Position numbers and translations under genes: made by a program
IMG/VR virus record: IMGVR_UViG_3300043821_000003
Strand: one strand, 5' to 3'
DNA from: a virus
Length of the DNA: 47,327 bases
Notes under the pieces: model-generated
What the model was told of the DNA's origin: nothing
Databases searched by the model: none
The model's input: the letters and a program-made list of their open reading frames with translations, nothing else
In this document: positions 1-8,219 of the stretch, piece by piece
Layout: each line of letters opens with the position of its first letter
How positions within the stretch are numbered: position 1 is the stretch's first letter

Positions 1-476
1 TCAACTCCAAGCAGGTAAGCGTAAAGTGCAGCCTGTAAAGCATAATACTCAGGTACATCTTCCACCCAGTCCTCAGACCTCTTCGTGGTTTTCATTTCCA
101 GTACCGTTTGCGGTTTACCTTCCTTGTCCACGAGCAGATAATCCCACATACCACCGAAGATCGGTGTATCACGGAAGAAATCTCCCCACGTTTTCTTGAA
201 GTAGTCCTCACCGTACACATCCGTAGGTGTAATCAGATTGCTCATGAAGTATGCAGTTTTCATGTACTCTGCCTGCTTCGGCTCAATCGTCTTACCTGCG
301 ATAGTGTAGATCGTGTCCTCAAACGGTTCTTCGTAGGTTCTGGTGATTGCACACCACGCATTGAACGGGCTTGTCCACTTATTCAGACCCATGATTGCTG
401 CAAATCGTGTACCTGTGATCTTCTTCGGTTTCGCAGGTGGTGTAATCGTGATGGTTTTATCGTCATTCCACTTCAT
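1..476 (-). CDS. YqaJ/lambda-exo-like recombination exonuclease, 5' part only (duplicate of 46636-47111, cut by window edge)
   Basis: ATG at 474-476 (MKWNDDKT) preceded by AAGGAGG. The sequence is the same as the full copy at 46062-47111. Confidence 0.7.
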   Translation of the reverse strand, partial: MKWNDDKTITITPPAKPKKITGTRFAAIMGLNKWTSPFNAWCAITRTYEEPFEDTIYTIAGKTIEPKQAEYMKTAYFMSNLITPTDVYGEDYFKKTWGDFFRDTPIFGGMWDYLLVDKEGKPQTVLEMKTTKRSEDWVEDVPEYYALQAALYAYLLGV

Positions 477-492
477 AGAACTGTCCTCCTTC

Positions 493-597
493 TTAAATGT
501 ACTGCTTCCACAGCTTTGCAAAAGTGCTTCTGCCATCCCCGCCCTTCTTATTCAGACGGGTATATCCTGCACGTTTCATATTCGCTCTTGCGATCAT
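493..597 (-). CDS. Possible 34-aa basic peptide (MIARANMKRAGYTRLNKKGGDGRSTFAKLWKQYI)
   Basis: It fills the gap between the DUF3310 gene and the exonuclease gene. The RBS is weak (GAGGAA) and no family was recognised. It is also present at 47128-47232. Confidence 0.25.
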   Translation of the reverse strand: MIARANMKRAGYTRLNKKGGDGRSTFAKLWKQYI

Positions 598-601
598 TCT
601 C

Positions 602-895
602 TTAAATTTCCTCATTACTTCTGCCCTCCATGTAACGGGGTTCGCTTTCCCCGATTGTTCTACAGTCAATCAGTTCCTTAATTTGTCCATCCAACTCTAC
701 GGCTTTATTCAGATACCAGATAGCTTTCTGAATATCTTCCAGACCGTTTTTCCGTCTGTGACGGTAGATGTACTTCAAGGCATTGCACACGCAGAAATCC
801 TTCGTTGCCTGTATACCCTGAGTCTCTACCATCACGTCAATGCACTCAAACTTCCCGGTTTCATAGTGGGATGGATGATTCACATTGTCTGACAT
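602..895 (-). CDS. DUF3310-family phage protein
   Basis: 97 aa with the N-terminal HPSHY motif and the KYIYRHRRK segment typical of DUF3310 (SaV-like) proteins. Confidence 0.7.
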   Translation of the reverse strand: MSDNVNHPSHYETGKFECIDVMVETQGIQATKDFCVCNALKYIYRHRRKNGLEDIQKAIWYLNKAVELDGQIKELIDCRTIGESEPRYMEGRSNEEI

Positions 896-898
896 ACA

Positions 899-1663
899 TT
901 AACCCTCCGTCTTGTAAGCTGCGATCATCTCACCGAGATTCTTGATAAGCTGCTCACACTGAGAACGTGTTACCTGAGTGAAGCCATTGGTTTTCATGGC
1001 AATCTGCTGAACAAAATCCTCCTGATCCGGGTCTTTCTCCATCAGTTCCTTGCAGGCATTTTTCAGTGCTGCGATCTGCAAGTCATCAGCCTGTCCCTCA
1101 GTGTCGGTCAGAGTTTCCTTCGCTTCCTTGCGTTCCGCAGGTGTAGCCGGGGCTTTCGATTTCTTCTGAGACTTCTTCTCGGTCTTTGCTTTCTCAGGGT
1201 TCGGTGCTTCAATCTCCGGTTCTTCCTCTTCCGGTTCAGAACCGAGCGTAGCGTCAATGTCATCCGGTTCAGTGATATCCAGAACTGCCATCCAGAGATA
1301 ACGTCTGAGGTATGTAATGGATGAACCAAGTGCCTGCATCGGATTGGTTACTTCCTTACCCGCATTGCTTACGATAGGCTTAACCTCACGGTACGGTACA
1401 CGGAACTCAATAGGTGCTTCCTCAGAGTTGTCAGTGTTGTACACTCTCATGACAGCACCGTTTTCATCGGTGAAGTCAATGTCAGTGGTAAGTCCCACAC
1501 GGGCAAAGATTCTGATTGCAGGAGGTACAATATCCTCCAACTCAAAATACTTGAACTCCAAGTGCATATTCTTACCGGACTTCTTAACCTTCTGGTTAAG
1601 GAACTGTAATCTTGCCTTTGCAAGTTTCTGTCTCACATTCATACCTTCATAAATATTTGCCAT
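899..1663 (-). CDS. erf: ERF-family single-strand annealing protein
   Basis: 254 aa. The ERF core includes ITYLRRYLWMAVL, followed by an acidic and then basic low-complexity tail. It pairs with the downstream exonuclease. Confidence 0.85.
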   Translation of the reverse strand: MANIYEGMNVRQKLAKARLQFLNQKVKKSGKNMHLEFKYFELEDIVPPAIRIFARVGLTTDIDFTDENGAVMRVYNTDNSEEAPIEFRVPYREVKPIVSNAGKEVTNPMQALGSSITYLRRYLWMAVLDITEPDDIDATLGSEPEEEEPEIEAPNPEKAKTEKKSQKKSKAPATPAERKEAKETLTDTEGQADDLQIAALKNACKELMEKDPDQEDFVQQIAMKTNGFTQVTRSQCEQLIKNLGEMIAAYKTEG

Positions 1664-1678
1664 TGTTATTGATCCTCC

Positions 1679-1909
1679 TTAAAATACTTTTCTCATAAGT
1701 CCCGCAACTACGTCTAAGGACTGTCTCTTACGCAGACTTCCATCTGAACATCTAAGCCATATCCACGGTGTAGGTAAAATGCCGTCCTGCTCAAAACCTA
1801 CAATCTCTCCACCTGTAGCTTTCCAGTCATCATCGTAACAGTCAAACACCACGACATCTCCCGTTTTAAGCTGAATTACTTCATAATCACTTGCTTTAAT
1901 TTTAATCAC
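1679..1909 (-). CDS. Hypothetical protein
   Basis: 76-aa ORF packed tightly in the minus-strand operon, overlapping its neighbour by 8 nt. Confidence 0.5.
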   Translation of the reverse strand: MIKIKASDYEVIQLKTGDVVVFDCYDDDWKATGGEIVGFEQDGILPTPWIWLRCSDGSLRKRQSLDVVAGLMRKVF

Positions 1910-2108
1910 GCTTAATATCCTCCTTGTTTTCTTCGGTTGTACCGAACAGAATCTTTCTTACGTCACTTGCAAAAATCGTACCTGTCAGCGGAATGAGCAG
2001 TTTTCCCATTCCATCCAGTTTTGGATCACTCACCTGATCGTGAATAACCTGCTTTACTGCTGCGTCAAACTCTTCTGCTGTTACCATTTTTTTTGCTGAA
2101 TTTTCCAT
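1902..2108 (-). CDS. Hypothetical protein
   Basis: 68-aa ORF with an AGGAGG-type RBS (GGAGGACAAGAAC ATG). Confidence 0.5.
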   Translation of the reverse strand: MENSAKKMVTAEEFDAAVKQVIHDQVSDPKLDGMGKLLIPLTGTIFASDVRKILFGTTEENKEDIKRD

Positions 2109-2121
2109 GTTCTTGTCCTCC

Positions 2122-4095
2122 TTAATTGAACAACGCTAATGACTTTTTCTTTAGCGAATTTATTTTTCTGGTATTCTTCCGTGGTGCTTTCACACCTAAA
2201 AACTTCCGTATCTGTTCCTTTGCCAGTTTGACATACCATTCTCTGTCCACAACGTCTATGGACAACTCATTATTGTTATCTACTATGCAGTGATCTGGCA
2301 GACTGGGAACTTTTGCGTCCTTTCCGGTAGTGGCGTGGGTCTTGTAAATCTTTCCATAACCTTTGTTCTTGCAGGCGTACACACGATTGACCTTCTGTAC
2401 CGGAACTTTCTCACCACCTATTAACTGGTAGCATCCAGAATATTTACCTCCGACTTTCGCTATCACCTGAAAATCAAGGATATTATTGCTTGCTGCAATG
2501 GTTTCTTCCGGGGGAGTCCCGTTCACAAAATACTCTTTCATTGCTGTAGCCACGATGCAGGCATTGTTATTGATATTCCAAGCACCGCCACTCATGTTGT
2601 CCCATGCAGGTAAGCCCATTGTCGTAAAGTCAATGTTTGCATTGGTTAAGATCCCTCTTACCAGATTGCCACCCTTGACCTTCGGCTTGCCGCCACCTAC
2701 AGGTACTTCTACATAATTGTTTACATCTCTCTGAACGATCTTCTGAATGAAATCTTCTTCCAGTTCAAAGCCTGTTCTGTCCTGCCACTCCTGCGTAATC
2801 TCCTGCCACTTCGCTTCGTCAGACTTGTCAAAACTTACCATAATACCATCCGTGTTAAGCTGAATGATCTTCAAGGTAGGACACTCTGCTACAAGGTGCA
2901 TTGACAGTTCCAGAAGAAGTAGCTGCCCGGTGATACACACTGAACGTCCCATGAGTGGATCATAGAGATCGTTATAGGAAGTTCCGTTTTTACCATTGAG
3001 CATTGCACCATAAGAGGTGTTCGCTACCAGTTTCAGGGCATTTGCAGTTTTCTTGTCCCCGGCTTTCTTCGCTTTCATTCTCTCTTCCAACATATCCACA
3101 AAAATCTGAGGTGACGGTATGTTCCTGCTACAGAATCCATACTGCTGTCCTGCTGAAAGAGGTATAGTCATGAGATGTGGATAGTAACTACCTACATCCT
3201 TGTTTCGGATTGAACGGTTTTCCGTTGCTACCTCTACATAGTTCGGGATTGCTCCATGAATCCCTCCGTAGGCTATAGTGCAAACACAATCACCTATCCT
3301 AAATTCAATGCTTGCACCCTTGATCTTCCTGCCGTATTGATCGTAACCACCAAACAGATCAATGTCCGGTACGTTCGGATCATGCAGACGATCAAAGAAA
3401 TCAAATATCTCTTGCGGAATATACTGCCGAAGCAGCTTATCCGGGTATTGGTAATTCCTTTCATCCGTCCAAGGCTTTTCCGGTTTTTCAGCTTGCAGGT
3501 ACACGCTTGTCAGTTTGGCATTTGTCATATACATTGCCTTACGGTCTGTCAGACCTCTCTTCGCTCCTACAGCAACTTTGTTATCCAGATATCCTTGTCT
3601 CAGTTTCCAGAGAATTTCCGTAGCATCTACGTCATATCGGCAGTAGTATTCAGTCCTTCTTCTCTCACTCTCCGTCAGAGGACGGTCAATGTTAAAGTCA
3701 ACCCCTGTTTCCTCAATCGGTATTCCAAGGTGTGCTTCAATAGCTTTCAGTGAGATTCCGTCCTGACAATCATCTCTCAGGTCAAAGCTGTCAAAGAATA
3801 CTCTGTACTCTTTCAGTAATGGGATATCCCATCCGCTTAACTCTTCCTGAATGATAAGATCATTGACTTTCTTCACCTCTTCCGGTGTAAAACCACACAT
3901 GACTGCCTTTAGTATGAAATTATCGTAGTGCTTATTGTTGAACCCGCCTAAGAACGGGTCACGTTCCATAAATGCTATTACAGCATCGTTGTCATTCCAG
4001 ATGGAGATGTGTTCGCCTGTGACTACATTCTTGAAATCAAATAGCCAGTCGTAAGCAAATACCTCACAGTCGAATATGTATGTTCCCTCAACCAT
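2122..4095 (-). CDS. Family-B DNA polymerase
   Basis: Exonuclease motifs FDCEVF, NNKHYDNFIL and YCRYDVDAT. Polymerase motifs DVGSYYPHL (DxxSLYPS-like), KLVANTSYGAM (KxxxNSxYG) and LNTDGI (DTDS-like). Confidence 0.85.
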   Translation of the reverse strand: MVEGTYIFDCEVFAYDWLFDFKNVVTGEHISIWNDNDAVIAFMERDPFLGGFNNKHYDNFILKAVMCGFTPEEVKKVNDLIIQEELSGWDIPLLKEYRVFFDSFDLRDDCQDGISLKAIEAHLGIPIEETGVDFNIDRPLTESERRRTEYYCRYDVDATEILWKLRQGYLDNKVAVGAKRGLTDRKAMYMTNAKLTSVYLQAEKPEKPWTDERNYQYPDKLLRQYIPQEIFDFFDRLHDPNVPDIDLFGGYDQYGRKIKGASIEFRIGDCVCTIAYGGIHGAIPNYVEVATENRSIRNKDVGSYYPHLMTIPLSAGQQYGFCSRNIPSPQIFVDMLEERMKAKKAGDKKTANALKLVANTSYGAMLNGKNGTSYNDLYDPLMGRSVCITGQLLLLELSMHLVAECPTLKIIQLNTDGIMVSFDKSDEAKWQEITQEWQDRTGFELEEDFIQKIVQRDVNNYVEVPVGGGKPKVKGGNLVRGILTNANIDFTTMGLPAWDNMSGGAWNINNNACIVATAMKEYFVNGTPPEETIAASNNILDFQVIAKVGGKYSGCYQLIGGEKVPVQKVNRVYACKNKGYGKIYKTHATTGKDAKVPSLPDHCIVDNNNELSIDVVDREWYVKLAKEQIRKFLGVKAPRKNTRKINSLKKKSLALFN

Positions 4096-4110
4096 ACTTT
4101 CACCTTTCCT

Positions 4111-5112
4111 TTATGGATACAGTACCTTTTTATAGGTGTAGCGTTGATATTCGTAAAAATCGTTGCTCTTAGCATACACGGCTGTACTGTTAGTCCATCT
4201 TTGCAATCTGCGTAAGATTGGAGAAGCCGATGGTTTGTTATAGATCATTACATAGGGCTGACACTCACATTCTTGAATGACTTTTATTCGTTGCATATCC
4301 TGCTCAAATGTTGTATCGAAGTTTACTAAACAAAATACTTTAGCATTTCTCCAATTCCATTTAGCTTTTATTTCCTTGCAGGCATTTACATATAATCGCA
4401 AACCTTTTCTTACAGCATTTACAGATTCCATACTATCCATTGCAAAATGCGGAGTTTTAAGTTTCATAGCTGCTAATAAGTTTGCCTTTTCCTGTGTGAT
4501 TAGTCTTGCATCAAGACCTTGATTAAATTCTATGGTTGCACCGGACTTTACTAGTTGTGCTAACAAATCTCTCCATTCAGGACAAGCCAGAATGTTTGGA
4601 TCAGATAAACATATATGTCCTTGTCCATGCCAAAACTCTGACAAATCAGCAACCTTCCGGGCACATCTCCCTTCCTTCGGTGCTACATGACAAAAACCGC
4701 AACCTCTAGGGCATCCCCTTGTTAAAAAACCATAAGCGGTCTGTTGTTTTAATGGCTTTCCATATCCTGTATATTCTGGGTAAATTGAGTAATCTGGGTA
4801 GATATATTCAATTTCCGAAGATAACTCAGGGTCGAGTGATTTATCATATATTTCTCTACCATTTTGAGATTTAATGGCATATCCTGTACCACCCTTTCTT
4901 ACCTCTTTAGTATTTAAAGGTTCGGATATTTCAGGAGTATATTCTTCACTGAATACTTTTGACATATAAACAATGTCATACATATCTCTTTCGGAACTAT
5001 ACCATTCCACCAGATCCCCTTTAGATTTATGATAGGCTGATAGTTTCATTAAGCACAGGTTAGGGAAATTATGACCGTCTACATCTATCAATCCTATTTT
5101 TTTTTGTTTCAT
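4111..5112 (-). CDS. Radical-SAM protein of unknown function
   Basis: CPRGCGFC is a CxxxCxxC cluster motif. The N-terminal segment (IGLIDVDGHNFPNLCLMKLSAYHK) looks like a B12-binding/Rossmann-like domain. Confidence 0.8.
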   Translation of the reverse strand: MKQKKIGLIDVDGHNFPNLCLMKLSAYHKSKGDLVEWYSSERDMYDIVYMSKVFSEEYTPEISEPLNTKEVRKGGTGYAIKSQNGREIYDKSLDPELSSEIEYIYPDYSIYPEYTGYGKPLKQQTAYGFLTRGCPRGCGFCHVAPKEGRCARKVADLSEFWHGQGHICLSDPNILACPEWRDLLAQLVKSGATIEFNQGLDARLITQEKANLLAAMKLKTPHFAMDSMESVNAVRKGLRLYVNACKEIKAKWNWRNAKVFCLVNFDTTFEQDMQRIKVIQECECQPYVMIYNKPSASPILRRLQRWTNSTAVYAKSNDFYEYQRYTYKKVLYP

Positions 5113-5285
5113 TCATCCAAACGATCCTCAAACCAATTATTTGCATAGGAGAACAAAGCCAGATAAACTGTGCATATCACACACACAATCGTAGGAATCC
5201 ATGACTCTGAATCAATCGCACACGCTGAGATGATCCAGAGTGTACCAACAATGTAGGCAATAGCTTTCAAAACTTTATTCTTCAT
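5109..5285 (-). CDS. 58-aa small membrane protein
   Basis: MKNKVLKAIAYIVGTLWIISACAIDSESWIPTIVCVICTVYLALFSYANNWFEDRLDE has two hydrophobic segments. Its stop overlaps the radical-SAM start. It is below the ORF-track size cutoff. Confidence 0.5.
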   Translation of the reverse strand: MKNKVLKAIAYIVGTLWIISACAIDSESWIPTIVCVICTVYLALFSYANNWFEDRLDE

Positions 5286-5290
5286 AGCAT

Positions 5291-6682
5291 TTATTCTCCT
5301 TCCAAAATCCTACAGTTACATTTTCGGTAACTGGTGCATCGTTTCTTGAACGACTTTTCCAGTGACCGGATGAAGTCTACATAATCATAAGCAATCGGTT
5401 GTTCCTTCCCTTCAAAGGTTCGTGCGATACGTCCAACACTTTGAACGATCACCGCATAGTCCTTCTGAGGGGTTGTCAGGTATAGCCTGTCCAACCGTGG
5501 GATATCAAGTCCCTCTTTTGCCAGTGAGTACGATGCAAACAAGTATCTTTTCTTACCTGTCCTTATGTCCTCAATAGCCTGCTCACGCTCTGCTTTCTTC
5601 TTCTTAGTTGTCATGCTGCCATCAATGACAGCAGCTTGTGATTTCAAGTTCGGGGGCAATCCTTCAAATAGGAATTTCAGATGATCCACTCTCTCAGATA
5701 GGATCAGGTTGTAATGCTCCCGGTTGCCTACAAGGTCATTCATGATAAGCTGATTCCGGTCTGTATGAGTCGTGAGGTAAGTAATCATTTTGCAATAGTT
5801 GATCGTTCCATCACTGTTCAGAAACGCAGAATCAAGTTTCACGCCTGTACCTTTCGGCTGTACATCTACCGTCATGACTCTGGACTTTACAGCTTCATCC
5901 GGGACTGTGTAGATAACGTGTCCCAACATAGCGTATGTAGCCTTAATCAGTCCGTCTGCCCTGTGGACGGTTGCGGACAATCCGTATTTATGTCTTGCCC
6001 TGAGTGTGTTCAGCACCTTACTGAACTGGGTTACTGCGGTAGGTGTCCCGGCTACCCGGTGACATTCATCTACGATGATGCAGTCCCATGTGTCACGGTA
6101 CTGATCCAAGTCAACCTTGCACATCGTCTGGATGGTTGCAAAGGTCATTGTTTCTCCGATATTGACTTTTCCCTCTGTGATAGTTCCCAGAAGTGACTTG
6201 TCAATATATTGTGCTGCCCTGTTCTTACTCTGGGTCAGCAGGTCTTTTGTATGGGTAAGCCAAAGTGTTTTAAGCTGCATTGCACACGCAAGGGCTATGC
6301 CAATCTGCGTCTTACCTGACCCGGCAGGTGACTGTAAGATTCCGTAATGATTGATAATCATTGCTCCTACAGCTTCCTCCTGATAGTCATACAGCGGTAC
6401 TTTCGCTCCCTTATAATCTACCTTTACCTGTTTGGCAAAGAGTTTCTTCACGCCCCCTTCCAGAAGCGGGAGGATTGATCGTAAGCACCCAAACGGGATA
6501 ATTACTGAGTCACCGTCAACCTCATACATTACAAGGGTTCTGGGTGTATCTCCCAACCAGAGATTCATTCTGGCTTTCTTCTGATATTCCGGGTTCGGTA
6601 TTTCTAAATGCTTTTTACACCAGTCAACCATGTCCGGTGAAGGGTTCGTGATTCGTAATCGTGATCCGATTTCCGTAATCAT
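5291..6682 (-). CDS. Superfamily-2 DEAD/DEAH-box DNA helicase
   Basis: Walker A QSPAGSGKT, motif II IIVDECH, and a C-terminal helicase domain (QSVGRIAR). Confidence 0.85.
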   Translation of the reverse strand: MITEIGSRLRITNPSPDMVDWCKKHLEIPNPEYQKKARMNLWLGDTPRTLVMYEVDGDSVIIPFGCLRSILPLLEGGVKKLFAKQVKVDYKGAKVPLYDYQEEAVGAMIINHYGILQSPAGSGKTQIGIALACAMQLKTLWLTHTKDLLTQSKNRAAQYIDKSLLGTITEGKVNIGETMTFATIQTMCKVDLDQYRDTWDCIIVDECHRVAGTPTAVTQFSKVLNTLRARHKYGLSATVHRADGLIKATYAMLGHVIYTVPDEAVKSRVMTVDVQPKGTGVKLDSAFLNSDGTINYCKMITYLTTHTDRNQLIMNDLVGNREHYNLILSERVDHLKFLFEGLPPNLKSQAAVIDGSMTTKKKKAEREQAIEDIRTGKKRYLFASYSLAKEGLDIPRLDRLYLTTPQKDYAVIVQSVGRIARTFEGKEQPIAYDYVDFIRSLEKSFKKRCTSYRKCNCRILEGE

Positions 6683-7089
6683 TCAAATTCCTCCACCCAC
6701 TGTCGAAAAGTCTTGTACTGTGGAAATTCCTTTTCAGTGATCGTTCCCTCACCGTAAAGCTGTCTCAACATGAGTTCATCGAAGGACACCATGTAAATGC
6801 GTCCGTCTTTCAGCTTCATAGCGAAGTAACAATGCTCATTCCCGGTCTGCTCCCACAGTGTCATTGCTCCTTCCTGATTACCTTCAATCCGGGATAACGG
6901 GAAGCGGTTGGTTTCACATTCCTTGCAGTCAATCAAGACCGGGATACCATTCTTAACCGCAATCACATCTGCGGGCTGTCCTACCTGATTCTGTGCCATG
7001 TTGTGTGCCCAGAAACCATGTAAGGCAAGCAGTTCACAAAACTCTTCTTCAAAGTGGTTTCCATTTTTCTTGTTACTATTGGTGGACAT
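6679..7089 (-). CDS. Holliday-junction resolvase (Hjc/RecU-like PD-(D/E)XK nuclease)
   Basis: 136 aa with the layout GNHFEEEF ... ADVIAV ... LIDCKE, typical of archaeal-type resolvases encoded by phages. Confidence 0.7.
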   Translation of the reverse strand: MSTNSNKKNGNHFEEEFCELLALHGFWAHNMAQNQVGQPADVIAVKNGIPVLIDCKECETNRFPLSRIEGNQEGAMTLWEQTGNEHCYFAMKLKDGRIYMVSFDELMLRQLYGEGTITEKEFPQYKTFRQWVEEFE

Positions 7090-7637
7090 TACGCTTCCAC
7101 CATTTGCACCTGACGGTGCAATTTAAGATTCTTCGGATTGAATACACAAGCCGGGGCAACCCCACCGCCGCCGTACGCATAGTTGCCGCTCAGATAACCG
7201 TCCGTAACCACGACGCGAACGTAGTCACCGCTCCCGGTGTTCGAGATATACCAAGGTGTGCAAGTCCACATCCATTCAGGGAGTAGCGGAACGTGCTTAC
7301 GATACTTTCTGTATTCATCACAACTCAGGATGAAAACTCTATCTGTGACTGTGCCGTAACGGTCATCTCCGTTATCAGCTACCATGTCAACCTCATGAGG
7401 AATAAGATTATCCTCACCCAACACAGGAAGCAGTTCATTGAGCAGCTTTCTACGCAGGCTTGACTTTGCGTAGTTGTTACAGCCGTCATCATCGAAGCTA
7501 TACTCTTCGTTGTTCCAAGCAGATGCCATGATTGCCAGAACACCGCCATCCACGTTGTTGTCAAGGACGATCCATTCAAAACCCTTGAAGCCAAAACGCT
7601 CACCTGCACTTAATACACCAATGTTTTCTTCTTTCAT
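7089..7637 (-). CDS. DGR target protein 2: compact C-type-lectin/FGE-like variable protein (the alternative start at 7652 adds 5 aa)
   Basis: The C-terminus carries VR2. It shares the landmarks FILS..E, W.CTPW, TDG and GGVAPAC with target 1. GGAGGA lies 8 nt before the ATG at 7637. Confidence 0.85.
   Translation of the reverse strand: MKEENIGVLSAGERFGFKGFEWIVLDNNVDGGVLAIMASAWNNEEYSFDDDGCNNYAKSSLRRKLLNELLPVLGEDNLIPHEVDMVADNGDDRYGTVTDRVFILSCDEYRKYRKHVPLLPEWMWTCTPWYISNTGSGDYVRVVVTDGYLSGNYAYGGGGVAPACVFNPKNLKLHRQVQMVEA
7104..7121 (-). promoter_or_regulatory. Hairpin downstream of VR2 (TTGCACC-GTCA-GGTGCAA), candidate DGR target-recognition element
   Basis: Perfect 7-bp stem with a 4-nt loop, 24 nt after the end of TR homology. 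It lies inside the ORF. Confidence 0.6.
7146..7243 (-). repeat. DGR variable repeat VR2
   Basis: It aligns without gaps to the TR. By hand count there are 18 mismatches, all at TR adenines on the coding strand. Two non-A mismatches lie just beyond it at 7244-7246. Confidence 0.9.
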
Positions 7638-7639
7638 GG

Positions 7640-7789
7640 TTAATTCCTCCATTCATAATCCTTGTGGTACTTTGTCTTGTACCATTCTTCAAACTCTTTC
7701 TTGTGTTCCGCTGACTGGAAGTAGTCTTTGACTCTCTCAATCAACTGGGAACACAAAGCACTTTCTTCCATCGTAGGAACTGCCATCAT
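7640..7789 (-). CDS. 49-aa hypothetical protein
   Basis: MMAVPTMEESALCSQLIERVKDYFQSAEHKKEFEEWYKTKYHKDYEWRN. An ATGA overlap joins it to the upstream cro-like gene. Confidence 0.45.
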   Translation of the reverse strand: MMAVPTMEESALCSQLIERVKDYFQSAEHKKEFEEWYKTKYHKDYEWRN

Positions 7790-8010
7790 CACTCCTTAAC
7801 AAGAACAGAACCTTCTTCGTACTTATCAAGAATGTCGTGAGACAATTCGATGATTGCATCTGCCTTACTGCCGCTTCGTGTCCCGGCAAGTACGGAACTC
7901 ATTTCCGTCTTATCAGTAACGATCCCTCTAAGACCTAACTGATTGATAAGCCACACCTGAGTCAACTGGTGCTTTTTGAGTCGGCTACGAATGTCCTCAC
8001 GTTCTGCCAT
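7789..8010 (-). CDS. Cro-like small HTH regulator (73 aa from MAERED)
   Basis: AAGGAGG lies 7 nt upstream of the ATG at 8010. The HTH-like segment is LTQVWLINQLGL. It is transcribed divergently from the cI-like gene. Confidence 0.6.
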   Translation of the reverse strand: MAEREDIRSRLKKHQLTQVWLINQLGLRGIVTDKTEMSSVLAGTRSGSKADAIIELSHDILDKYEEGSVLVKE

Positions 8011-8051
8011 GTCGTGTACCTCCTTTCGTTGATTTTGCTTATCAACTAAAG

Positions 8052-8080
8052 TTGACAAAATACTCTTCAAAGGTTATAAT
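8052..8080 (+). promoter_or_regulatory. Consensus sigma-A-type promoter (TTGACA-17-TATAAT) facing the cI-int operon
   Basis: TTGACA at 8052-8057 and TATAAT at 8075-8080. The -35 box overlaps the palindrome TCAAC-TAAA-GTTGA. Confidence 0.5.
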
Positions 8081-8190
8081 ATGGGTGTCGAACCAATATA
8101 ACCATTGAAAACCGTCAGGGGCAAAATTAAATCCCCGGAGGGCTTGTTTTCTTTACCCTATTTTGTAAACAACTCTTGTTGACAAGACCT

Positions 8191-8219
8191 ATAATAATCC
8201 CTATCTAGGAATTTGTCAA
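8191..8219 (-). promoter_or_regulatory. Promoter (TTGACA-17-TATTAT) facing the cro-like early operon
   Basis: On the minus strand, TTGACA is at 8219-8214 and TATTAT at 8196-8191. The spacer contains TCCCTATCTAGGA, which recurs as TCCCTAGTTAGGA at 8249-8261. Confidence 0.5.

Larger units (their letters stand above)
1..692. repeat. Wrap-around copy (same sequence as 46636-47327)
   Basis: The terminal 10-mers match at offset 46,635. ORF-track proteins 108-605 vs 46743-47240 and 343-681 vs 46978-47316 are identical. Confidence 0.95.
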
